From Azolla caroliniana (taxonomy: Eukaryota > Plantae > Polypodiophyta), in NCBI GenBank assembly GCA_043228905.1, contig JBHGNT010000003.1, positions 12,586,001 through 12,650,000 on the forward strand: a DNA stretch of 64,000 nucleotides, read 5' to 3'. The notes under the pieces were generated by a model. That model was not told where the DNA came from. It ran no database searches and was given only the letters and a program-made list of their open reading frames with translations. Shown piece after piece: positions 34,716 to 46,600 of this stretch. How positions within the stretch are numbered: the stretch's first letter is position 1; every line of letters starts with the position of its first letter. Position numbers and translations under genes: made by a program.

Positions 34716-37700
34716 AGTGTGCGTATTCGGCATGCTCCGGTCTTGGTAATCTCTAAGACTACATACAGGCCTTTGCCCCGTAGTTTGAGTTTCTTTTTAT
34801 GTCGTTGAGAGGCCAATTTGAGGGCCATGTCCCCTTCAACTAGGTCTTTTTCTTTTACTTTGTTGTCATGCCACGCCTTTCTGTTGGCTTTCTCTGCGAG
34901 GAGTGCTTTGAATGCGAGTAGTGAAGTTTCTGTTAGTCATTCTAAGTTCTCTAGATGTGATGGGAGGGGGTTCCCGTTCCATCGTTCTTGGATGGCTATT
35001 GTGAGGCTAGGGACAAGGAATTCAATGGGCAGTACTGCTTCTTGTCCGTATACTAGTTTAAACGGCGTGTGGCGAGTCTCTACTTTATAGGAGGTGCGGA
35101 AGGCCCACAATGCGGCTTGGAGTTTGATGCTCCAATCAAACCGAGAGGCTGCGATTATCTTCGTGAGCACTGTACATAACACCTTATTCGTGCTTTCCAC
35201 CTGTCCGTTGCACCGGGGGTAATAAGGGGAGCTCTTGCGATGCGTCCCTATAAACTCGCCTTGTAGGTGTGCTACCACCTGATTGAGAAAATGAGAGCCT
35301 TGGTCACTAATTATTTCAAGTGGGCATCCGAACCGTGTGATGACATTTTCATATAGGAATTTGGCAGTGGTGTGTGCATCGACGTTAATGCAGGCTTTGG
35401 CTTTAGCTCACTTGGTAGCATAATCCGTGGCAGTGATTATGTATTGGTTGAGGTTGGAAGTTGGGCTAATTGGGCTGATAAAATCAATACCCCATTTCTC
35501 GAATGGTTGCCAGGCAACTACTGGGTTTAATGTGTTGAAATCCGCTTTTTGTGGGTGCTTGAAACGTTGGCATTCGTCACACCGACGTACATACTCATAT
35601 GTGTCTTTGAACAATGTCAGCCACCATAAACCTGAGTGAAGGACCTTGCGTGCAATGGACTCGTGATTGAAATGACCACTTCCGCTTCCGTAATGAGCTT
35701 GTTAAATGACAACGATGACATCATGGTTTGCTATGCACCTTCGAAGTACATCGTTGTTGCCTCGTCGATACAAGTTGCCTCTGAGCATCATGAAGGGGCC
35801 ACACGTCTTCAAGAAGACATGTGCTTGGGCACAACTTAGTTGTTTTAAGAAGAAGGCTCATTCGGTTAAGACGCGAACGATGTCCGATGCCCATGCCGGT
35901 ACAATGTCGATCGTGAATGCATCTAGCGTTTCGTCGTCGACTCCAATGGCGTCCTCTCCATTTGGTATTCGCGAGAAATGATCAGTGAGTACATGGTCTT
36001 TTCCTTTTCTCACTACCACTTTGAAGTTGAACTCGACTAGAGTTACGAGCCATCAGGATATGTGTCCTGTGGCATGAGTCTTGTTTACCAAGTAGAGGAG
36101 GGCTTGGTGATCTACGAAAAATGAGAAATGTGATGCCAATAGATAAATGTCAGAACTTCTTCACGCTGTAAACCATTGCTAAAGCTTCTTGTTTTGTTGT
36201 AGAGTAATTTTGTTCCGTAGAGTTTAGCTGATAGCTAGCAAAGATGATCGGTAGATCAAGTGCTCCTTCACCGGATTGAGCGAGTATTGCCCCGATCGCG
36301 AAGGCGGAACCAACGGTGTGAATGTGGAATTCTTTGCTCCAGTCTGGAGATCGGAGGATGGGGGCTTTGGTTAAGCACTCCTTCAAGAGCTTGAATGAAC
36401 GAGTGCACTCTTCAGTCCATGTGTACTGCTTTAGTAACGCATAGAGTGGTCTCGCTTTCTTTGCGAACATCTTAATGAACTGTCTATTGTAACCCGCATA
36501 CCCCATGAAACCTTGTAGTTGTTTTTCGTTCATGGGTGGTGGCATGTCAAGGATGACCTTTACTTTCGCCTCATCGTTTGACATCCCATGTCGAGACACC
36601 ACATGACCTAGTATGAGTCCGTGTTTAACCCAAAACTGAAACTTGAGAGGGTTGGTACTCCCTACATTTTTCGAACGTTAAGCGGAGTAGTGTGAGGTGG
36701 TCATGCCATTTCGAATGGAAACATAAATCATCGACGTAAGACTCCACTCCTTGTCGTAGCCTTGCCACGAAGATGTGGTCCGCTGCCCTTTGATAGGTGC
36801 TTAGGGCACTTGTGAGCCCAAAAGGAATTTGTTTGTACATGAACATACCAAATTCGGTTGCAAAGGTCGTCTTGCGTTGATCTAGGAACCACCAAGATTT
36901 GGTTGTACCCCAAGAACCCATCAATGAAGCTATAGGCTTTTGCCCCCGCGACTCTTTCAAGTAAGTGCTCGATGTAGGGTACCGCGTAGTTGTCCTTGAT
37001 AGTAGCATCGTTGACTTGTCGGTAGTCGACACATATGCAAATTTGTCCGTTCCTCTTTGGGACGACTACTATTGGAGAGACCCAAGTCGTATGCTCAATC
37101 GGGAAGATGATGCCAGTGTCTAGCATTTTATTGATTTCGGTTTTTACTTGTTGAGTGTAGTTAGGGTTCATTGGGCATGGTCGTTGTCAGATTTGGCGGG
37201 CATCGGCTCGTATGGGAATGCTATGGGTGACTACTCCAGCCGGTACACCTTTCATATCTACATACGTCCAGGTGAACACGTCTCTAAATTTTGCGAGGAG
37301 GGTGATTAAAGATGTCTCTTCATCCGGCTGGAGATTTGCGGCTATGAACACTGGTTTGGAGTCCATCCCATTTCCTAGGTTGACTTCTTTAACTCTAGCC
37401 GGACCATCACATGCTTCTCCTAAGGTGTTAGGCGTGCGTTGTGGTCGTTTACAAGCCACCGCTCTATTTCCTTGTTCGTAGACTTTGAATTTCTCGGGGA
37501 AGTCAACTTCTTCAGGGGTCCTCCCGTTGGGCAAATTTTCTTCTCTTCGTGTCGCTTGCTTCACTTGGCATTTGTCCTTTGTATTGGTTTGTCTCTGTTT
37601 TGGTGCGAGGATGGTGACATTGAAACACAAAATTGTATCCCCAACTTCATCACAACACTTTGTACTGATGGGGTATATGGCATCGGTCGTGGCCAGAGCA

Positions 37701-38290
37701 TGTACCCAATTCATTTTTGATGAATCAGAGGCTACGAATGTGTCTTCTCTCACATTCTTTGCCTTGGGAGTAGTAGGCCTTTGGGGTAGGGGTTGGCCTC
37801 TGACCAAGATCTGGATTGCTCTTGTGGGGTGGCATTCGAGGAGGTTGGTCTCGAACTTGGTGTCTCTGACTAGTTGTCGACAAGGGGACTGCCTTCTTGT
37901 TCGTGGACTTTTTGTGTATACTCCTTGATGCGAAATGTTTTGTTGTTTTTCCACATGTAAATTGTGTCATTCCTGAAGTCCATCACAAGGCGGCTTACTC
38001 TTAGGAATAGCTGTCCTAGTAAACACTTGTAAGCCATGTGATTAGATGATCTCGTGACGACGAAAGTAAGATTGAAGTCGACCCCATGGATAGTGAAGTT
38101 GTGTGCCAGGATCATGCCTTCTGGCCATTGGATGGAACAATCCGCCATTCGGAGCTTGACATCTGAAGGAAGCATTTTGGGTTGCCCCACTTACACCAAC
38201 ATTTGTAGTTGACTATGTTTACCCCTACTCCGGTGTCAATAATCGCGTGAAAAGTCATGCCATGGACGCCACGAGGAGAGTGAAACTAGT
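34716..38290 (-). pseudogene. pol: Gypsy pol pseudogene (PR, RT, RNase H, integrase)
   Basis: IIDTG 38229-38237, WVSPIVVVPK, PFGL, YVDD, WGIDF, YYPRCNGQVE, KG-LYVV. Confidence 0.9.
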
Positions 38291-38666
38291 GTCATCACTC
38301 TCGAAATTAGCTCCATAGATATCTATCGGCATTTCTTTGGGTTGGTTGGGGAATGTGGTTGTATGAGGGATGTGGGTGTGTACCTTCTCCCCATAACCTG
38401 TAGATAAACCTCCATTGAGGTGACGGAGGACATCATGCCATGGCTGAATGCTGAGTTTGAGTAGCTCTTCGAGTGTGAATTGGACTTCTTTAGCGAGTAT
38501 AGGTTATAACTCGTGATTGTCAGTCACGAAGGTGCCGATGTAGCTCTGTACTTCATGTAATGTTAGGCGTAACTTTAGATTTAACGTTTGTTGGAGTAGG
38601 ACTGTGTGGACTTCGTGAATCAGAGTAGATTGAGAGATGGGGGTGTTGGTTGGTGTTGCGGCAACC

Positions 38667-38693
38667 GGGGGGGGGGGGGGGGGGGGGGGGGGG
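38667..38693. repeat. Poly-G tract
   Basis: About 27 consecutive G. Confidence 0.9.
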
Positions 38694-41600
38694 CATATCC
38701 GCGTATCGGGGTGGCAGGTTTACCTAGTCTTCTAGTTGGTCAAAGTTTAGACTTGGGAGACTAAGCGACCCTTTGATCTATTCATGGTGTATGAGTTTGA
38801 TGTATTCTTCGACCTGTTGTTTTTTAGCTACTGGGTTTGGGTACGTTGCTAGGTGCGCGGGTAAGTCTTGGTTAGGGTTGATAGGTATTGCGTCTACGTC
38901 TCCTTGAGGTTCGTGATCTTGCTTGGAGGTTTTCGTGGATGCAATCTTTTTAGATTTACGTCTCTTCCATGTGCTCGCGGGAAGGCCTTGGTCATGATAC
39001 TTCAAGTTATGAGCTACTCTTTGAGCTCGTGTGATGACGTTGGTGCCAATCATTGATGGTACTATGGATAATAAGTTGGTGCAAATCCGTTTCTTTTTCT
39101 CCAGGCAGTCAGGTACCAAGTGTTCTTTACCACACCCTGGGCATGATGCTTCCCGTTGGAACCACTCGATGAGGTTCTGTGACTGTTGGTTGAGACTTTG
39201 TATCGGTGGTTTTGGGGGTGCTTCCGGTGGGGCGTGTCGTGGTTGTTGTGCCATCCGGTTATAGTAATCATGTTTAGTTGGGCACTCCTAACCATGTGTG
39301 GCCCTTGGCAATTGAAACATTTCAATTCCGGCCTTCATAAACCATTGTTTTGTCGATATACCATCGGTGGGCCCCTCTGTTCTCCTCGTAAGATGTAGAT
39401 TGGTATTTGGTCGCCTTTGAAGTCCACAAAGTGAGAAAGCACTTCTTCTCCACCGGCATACTCCCAATAAGGGTCTTCATATTCTTGGGCACCCTCCCCA
39501 CCTTAGGCTTGGTTATCAGTGGCGTATTCTAGTTCGACAAGGCGGGCTCCAATGTGAGGTAGTGGGGGTTGTTGGGGAAGTATTGTGGGCAATTATGGGC
39601 GGCTAAGTGGTGGGGGTGATCATGGATGTTCAACCACTGGTGTTTGGCCATATCTTCCATTTGGGGCTTGCCAGTAGTTCTCTTGAGAATGCATCACGAA
39701 GGCTTTGCACCACTTACAGTATTGAGGTCGTCATTGGTGGAGGAGAGGGCACTCATGCCCGGTGTGATGGCCGTGGCATAAGACACACCTTATATTTTCT
39801 CTTTGGGCATATGCTTGGGGTCTTTTCATATGGGGTGGTCTCAGTGGTGTGGGTGGAGCGGGTTCCGAGGTCTTCTCACAGTTGTTCTTAGGTCCTTGTG
39901 TGGGTATTCGCAACCCGCTCATTGAATTGTTTGGGTTGTTGCCCATTGTGCTCAAATGCAGTACGGGGCTGGGCTCGTGTTCTCAACGGTGTGTGTGTGA
40001 TGATGCTTATAGGAGGTTAATTTTTTGTTGAACTTGCGGGAAGATGTCTTTCCTTTCCGCCAGGGTAGCTTCGATGTCTCGGGTGATCCCCTTCGGTTGT
40101 CCTCCTCACGCGAGTTGCATCGTCCATATATTGATTTCCTGTTCTATCGCACGCAGCTCCTGCGTGGTATCCCGTATGTGTCGCTCTATGTTGGGTGAGT
40201 CTGCCGTTGGGCTCTCTTGTAGTGGGGGGTGTGTTAAGAGGTGCTTTGGTTGCTGGGCTTGGTAGGAGGTTCATGTTTGGTAGCATCCATGGGATTAGCC
40301 ACCCACTGTGGTATCGAGTCGGGTTAGTTTGGTCCAACACCATGTGTTTGATTGGTTTTCATGACCTCTTCCTGATGTGTAGGTCGGGTTTTGAACATCC
40401 CCGTCCATGAGGATCCCGCCATATGTACGACGAAGGATTTTGAATGTTCTTGGTGTTGTCTTGATGTCAAACTTTGAGGTTCGCAGACTTTGGGGGTTTG
40501 TTGAAAGATGATCTTTCCCCAAACTTTGATCTTGCATCGAAAGATATTTGTTTGCCAAACTTGGGGGGTTCGTTGAAAGATGATCTTTCGTCGAAAGATA
40601 TTTCTTTGTCAATCTTTGCGGGTTTGTCGAAAGACGATCTTTCATCAAACTTTGCGGGTTCGTTGAACTTTGATCTTTCGTCGAAATGTGCTTCTTCGAT
40701 GAACTTTGGTCGAAAAATTTGAATTTGAATTTAATTTAATTTTTTTTCAAACGACCGTTTTGTGTATACTCGGATGATCGTGACCTGCTCGGCATGGCTA
40801 CTGGAGTTATGTTGACGGAGCTAATGATATAGCACCTGATGCGGCACACAAGGACTTTCCGGCTTGGGAACAAGTGGCAAGCAGGGTGATGTATTGCTTT
40901 GCATCCAGTGTCGGCGATCAGCTGTTGAGGCATATCCAGGATGCCAAGATGCCAAAGGAAGCTTGGGGAAACTTGAAGAAGGTTTCCGCCGCAAGCACCA
41001 CGGCTCGGAAGCTGCAACTTCGACAAGAGTTGAGCAACGACCGACAGAAAGACATGTCATGTCGGTGGCCGATTACACAACCCGGATTAAAGAGATCTGT
41101 GACTTCCTTGCCTCCGTCAACATGACCATCGAGGAGGATGAGATAATGTAGGTCTGTCTTAGGGGCCTATTGTCGAAGTTCAAAGCATTCCATATGGCGG
41201 TTTGTACAAGGGAGAATATGCCCTTGTTTTTCGACTTACATCCGATGCTCCTTGTAGAGGAGAACCACGCGGATGCATCGACGAGTACGCACAACGACAA
41301 CAAGATGTTGTTCACGGAGGCAGATGCCCCGTGAATGTGGCCGTCAAGTTGGATTAGTGCGTAATGCAGGCGGCCAACAAGAACAAAATCGGAGGCACAA
41401 AGAAAGTGCAGACAATAGTACCAGACCCTCCGGAAGCCAGGGGAGTCAAGGCGGTGTCGGGAGGGCCATAGAGAAAACGAGTGCTGGAAAAAATGGCCGA
41501 TTCCGACAAAGCCGGATTGAGCCGGAGAGACGTAGATAGGCGTCACCGATCGCACTTCGCGGATGCTTGGAGGGAGCCGGGTCAGGAATGGCCCTCGTAA

Positions 41601-43614
41601 TGAAGCATGAGGCCAACAACATGGGAGCTGCCAACTCGAAGTCGGAAGAAGTTTGGTATGTGGACGACAGAGCTTCAAACCATATGACGAACCAGAAAGA
41701 GTGGTTCTCCTTTCTCGAGAAGCCAGGGGTGGTCGAAACCGGAGATGACAGTCCACATCCCATTGAGCACATCAGAGATGTCCCTCTGAGCCATCTAAGC
41801 CAGAAGGGAATCATGACGAATGTCTTGCATGTTCTGACGATCACCAAGAACTTGGTGTCTGTCAAACAGATTGTGGATCAAGGAATGTAGGTCTAATTTA
41901 CTCACCATAGATGCTTCATTGAGGAGGAAGGCCGGATAATCGTGTAAGGGTATTGCGATGGAAGAATGTTCATCCTCGAAACCAATAATGTAGGAACCAA
42001 TATGTTCGTGAAAGGACAAAAGGTTGAGTCGGACATCAACCTGTGGCATAAGCAGATCGGTAACACCAACTTCCGGAATCTTCAGGAGATGCAGTCGAAA
42101 CACGTGGTTTTGTGGACTACCGAAGTTTAGTGGCCGGAAAGGCCAAATTTGTGAAGCTTGCTAGCTCGGGAAGTAGCATAGGCTTGTGTTCCCCAATGAG
42201 AAGAATCGGAGCCACAATCGGCTTGATCTTATCCATTTGGATGTGTGGGGACAGACACAAAATGTGAGTATTGGTGGGAGTCAATATTTCGTCTACTTCA
42301 TCGACGATTTCAGCCGCCACACTTAGATCTATTTGATCAAGAAGAAGAGAGAATTTTTCTCATGCTTTCGGGACTTAAAGAATCATGTAGAACGAGAAAC
42401 CAGAAGGAAGATCAAGTGTCTTAGATCGGTTGGCGGAAAAGAGTACTTTTCCGGCCAATTCACAAGTTATCTATAGACCAAGGGAATCCGACGACAGTTC
42501 TCTTGTAGATACACACTGAAGCAGAATGACGTGGCTGAACATTGGAATCAGACATTAGTAGAAGCGGCGAGGGCAATGCTGGAGGAGAAGAGCATGCCCC
42601 GGATTTATTGGGCCGAAGCAATTCTGACAACCGTCTACATATAGAATCGGATTTCTGCCTCAGGGACGAAGGTGTCGCCGCATGAACTATATTTCGAGCG
42701 GAAGCCGAACTTGGCACACCTTCAACCCCTGGTTGAAGCAAGTCTGAGTTAGCCGTGATGTCATTTTTGACAAATTAGCATCCTGGTACTTCCCATGACC
42801 CGAACTCGAGCCGATTGCTGAAGTTGCTGCCACAGACTTCGGAATAGAGGGAGGCATACCGAATCTGATCAGCCAGATAGTCCGACTTCCCTCTGGATAA
42901 GTGCAACAAACCCAGACTGGTTGAGTTGAAGTGGTCAACTGGATGACGAGTCGACAAGTAGTGGAGACTCGGCTGTGCTCTCCCCGTGCAAGGAACTAAG
43001 GAAATGGTTCACGCGCAAAGAGAAGGGGAAGAGGAAGATGCCGAAATACTACACCGGAAATAAAAAGTTGGATTAGAGTGAATCCGACTCTGGAAAGAGC
43101 AATAAGGAACCTCCGGTAACGAGGAAGAAATTGGCGAAGCAAGAATGTCGCCGATCCACCCGCCAAAAGAATCCCGTGATCCGATACGAGTATAACGAGT
43201 ATATGGCGCATCATTATGCGTATATGGCGAAGGTGGCAGCTGTGCGTGAGCCGGAGAGCTACGCTAAAGTGGTTAAGGATCCGAATTGGTAGAAGGGCAT
43301 GGAGGAAGAGATGCACATGCTCATGGAAAATGAGACATGGGACTTGGTTGATATAATGAAAGGAGTGAAGCATTGCGGTCACCTAGAGTAGCAAAAAGCG
43401 GCCGATAGTAGCACTGTCGAGCACCGAAGCCGAGTATAGAGGAGCGGCTGTCGCGACACGCGAGGCCATTTGGCTCACAGTTATTGAAGGATCTGCAGGT
43501 GGAGGTGTCCGATCTAACGACGATCTACTGCGACAACCTCAACAACATCCAACTAGCGATCAACCCCGTCTTCCATGCCCAAACAAAGCACATTGAGGTG
43601 CATTACCATTTTGT

Positions 43615-46600
43615 TGTTGAGAATCGACGCTTCGATTCACCTTCACCACTCGGCCACAACCAAGTAATTGCGAATCAATGCAGCAGAAAATAGGAACCAC
43701 AGAGAGGAACACACGAATACACAGGGATTAACGTGGAAAACCCTAGATGGGAAAAACCACGGGAGTACAAGACTCCAAACCAACACTATACAAAGAGAAG
43801 TATACAATGGCGAGCTGCAAGGCGACGACCTTGAGCTCGCTGTCCTCGCCACAGGCGGCGGAAATACACAGAGGCGTCGTCCTCTTCCTCTCTCACGCTC
43901 TATCTCTCTCTCTCTCTCTCACGGCTGCTCCCTCTTCACTCCTCTTGAGTGGAAAAACAGAAAAATGATAAGCAACACTAAAACAGTTTGCCCTAAGTCA
44001 TATTTATACATATATGACTTTGGGGCTATTTACAACTATAGCCTCAGGGGCCCATAGCAAACATATTCACGGATATGTCCCTGCATCCGGACCGCTCTCC
44101 GGGTACATTCGTCATCCGGCTCCGAAGCCGGGGTCTTCATCATCCGGTTCCGAAACCGAAACCGGGCTCGTCGGTATTCATCTCCGACATCCGACCATCC
44201 CATCCGAAGGGACCGTAATCCCAACAAACTCCCCCTTCACTTCGGCATGGGATGTCTTTCCAATCCGATCCTCTTCCGGCATGCTTCCAGCTTGTCGGGT
44301 GTGAGCACCTTGGTCAGCATATCCGACCCGTTCTCGTCCGTGTGGATCTTTGTCAGCTCGAACTCCTTGTCTTCTATCCTTTCCCGGATCCAGTGATATC
44401 TTCGCTGGATGTGCTTCGTCCGGGAGTGATAGGCCGCGTTCTTCGCAAGGTGGATTGCACTCTGACTGTCGCAGTAGAGTCGGTACTCCTCCTGCCGGAT
44501 ACCGAGCTCTCTAATGAAGTCCTTCATCCATATTATTTCCTTGCCGGCTTCAACAGCTGCCATGTACTCCGCCTCCGTGGTTGACAACGCAACCGTCTTC
44601 TGCAGCCTCGACTGCCACGAAACGGCTCCCCCTGCATACGTCATCACATACCCTGATGTGGACCGGCTGGTATCTGCATCAGCCGACATATCCGAATCGG
44701 TGAAGCCGTCGAGTTCGGGCTTACCGGAGCCGAATCGGAGGCACACGTTTGCCGTGCCTTTCAGGTATCGGAGTATCCACTTGGCCGCGTTCCAATGCTC
44801 TTTGCCGGGATTGCTCATGTACCGGCTCACCACTCCGACTGCATATCCTATGTCCGGTCTCGTACACACCATGGCGTACATCAAGCTCCCGACGGCTGAG
44901 GCATACGGCACTTTCATCATATCCTCCTTTTCAGCCTTTGTCTTGGGACTTTGCTTGCTGGACAGCTTGCAGTTTGCCGGGAGGGTCGATCCGACCGGTC
45001 TTGCTTCCGACATGTTGAACCGGTGAAGCACCTTCGTCACGTACTTCTCCTGTGACAGCCACAACTGCTTCTTCTTCCGGTCCCGGATGATGTGCATCCC
45101 TAATATTTGCCTCGCCGGACCCAGGTCCTTCATTGAGAAGGTTCGGTGAAGAGCCTTCTTCAGCATCCGTATCTTGACCTGGTCCCGTTCGACGATCAAC
45201 ATGTCGTCCACGTACAGGAGGAGTATTAGAGAGTCTCCTCCTTCGAACTTCTTCACAAACACGCAGTGGTCGGACTGCGTTTTGAGGTACCCTTCGTCGG
45301 TCATGAAGGAGTCGAACTTCCGGTACCATTGCCGGGGAGCCTGCTTCAGTCCGTAAAGGCTCTTCTTCAACCGGCATACTAGGTGCTCCTTCCCTTTCTT
45401 CTCGAATCCTTCCGGTTGCTGCATGTAGATCTCTTCATCGAGGTCACCGTGAAGGAATGCCGTCTTCACGTCCATCTGTTCTACCTCGAGGTCCATGCTT
45501 GCCGCTATGCTCAGCACCGTCCGGATGGAGGTCATCTTCACTACCGGGGCAAATATCTCGTCGAAGTCGACGCCCTTCTTCTGCTGAAACCCCTTCACCA
45601 CGATCCTGGCTTTGTATCTCGGGGGGTTTCCGGCATCTCCCGGTTTCAGCTTGAACACCCACTTGTTTCGAAGTGCCTGCTTTCCTTTCGGCAACTCCAC
45701 AAGTTCATATGTGTGGTTCTCATGCAGGGAATCCATCTCGTCCTGCATGGCACTCAACCACCTGCGGCTCTGGGTGTCATGTTTTGCTTCTTCAAAGCTC
45801 TCCGGCTCCCCCTCGTCGGTTAGCAGCACGTGCTCTGGTTCCGGAAATCTCCGGGGGGCCCTTCTCTCTCTTAGAGGATATCTCCGTTCCGGAGCTTCGG
45901 TAACCGGTTCTTCCGATTCTTCTTCATCCGAATCCATTTCGGGATCGGGGCCGGTTCCGGTATCATTTTCATCTTCTTCGGCCGGTTCAGTTTCTTCACC
46001 GTCTTCGGCCGGATCCTCGAGTGCTAACCGATCCCTTGCCGGTGGGGACTGCTCCTCGTAGAGTTGATCCTCACCAGTCGACTTGGAGCTCTTCATCTTC
46101 TTCTCCGATTTCCAGTCGGCGAGTGTCTTGTCCTCCATGAAGATGATGTCTCGACTCCTGCATATCTTCTTGTCGACCGGGTCCCATACTCGGTAGCCGA
46201 ACTCGTCGTCGCCGTAACCGAGGAATATGCATGGCTGGGTCTTTGGATCTAGCTTTCCTCTCCGGTCCTTTGCCACATGCACGTATGCGAGACACCCGAA
46301 CACCTTTAGATGCCGGTAGGACACTTCCTTACCGGTCCACACTTTCTGCGGCGTGTCTCCGTCCAAAGGTACTGAGGGTGATCTGTTTATCACGTATGTC
46401 GCCGTCGACATTGCCTCAGCCCAAAACCCCTTGGGTAATTTCGCATGCGCCAGCATACTCCGGACCCTCTCCATTATGGTCCGGTTCATCCTCTCGGCCA
46501 GCCCGTTTAGTTCCGGCGTCTTCGGCACAGTAAACTCGAGCCGGATTCCCTTCAAGCGACAGTACTCCTGGAACTGCCCCCGGTATTCCCCTCCGTTATC

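Larger units (their letters stand above)
17524..40760 (-). mobile_element. Degenerate non-chromoviral Ty3/gypsy element with long 3' region; hosts two copia insertions; 5' LTR not found
   Basis: 3' LTR 17524-18079 with PPT 18080-18087; gag knuckle CFNCQGPH ~39320, PR, RT, RH, IN in gypsy order; GT-rich sequence continues across both insertions. Confidence 0.8.

Noticed and set aside
40735-40785. PBS and 5' LTR of the large gypsy
   Set aside because: No match to the 17524-18079 LTR and no recognisable tRNA complement
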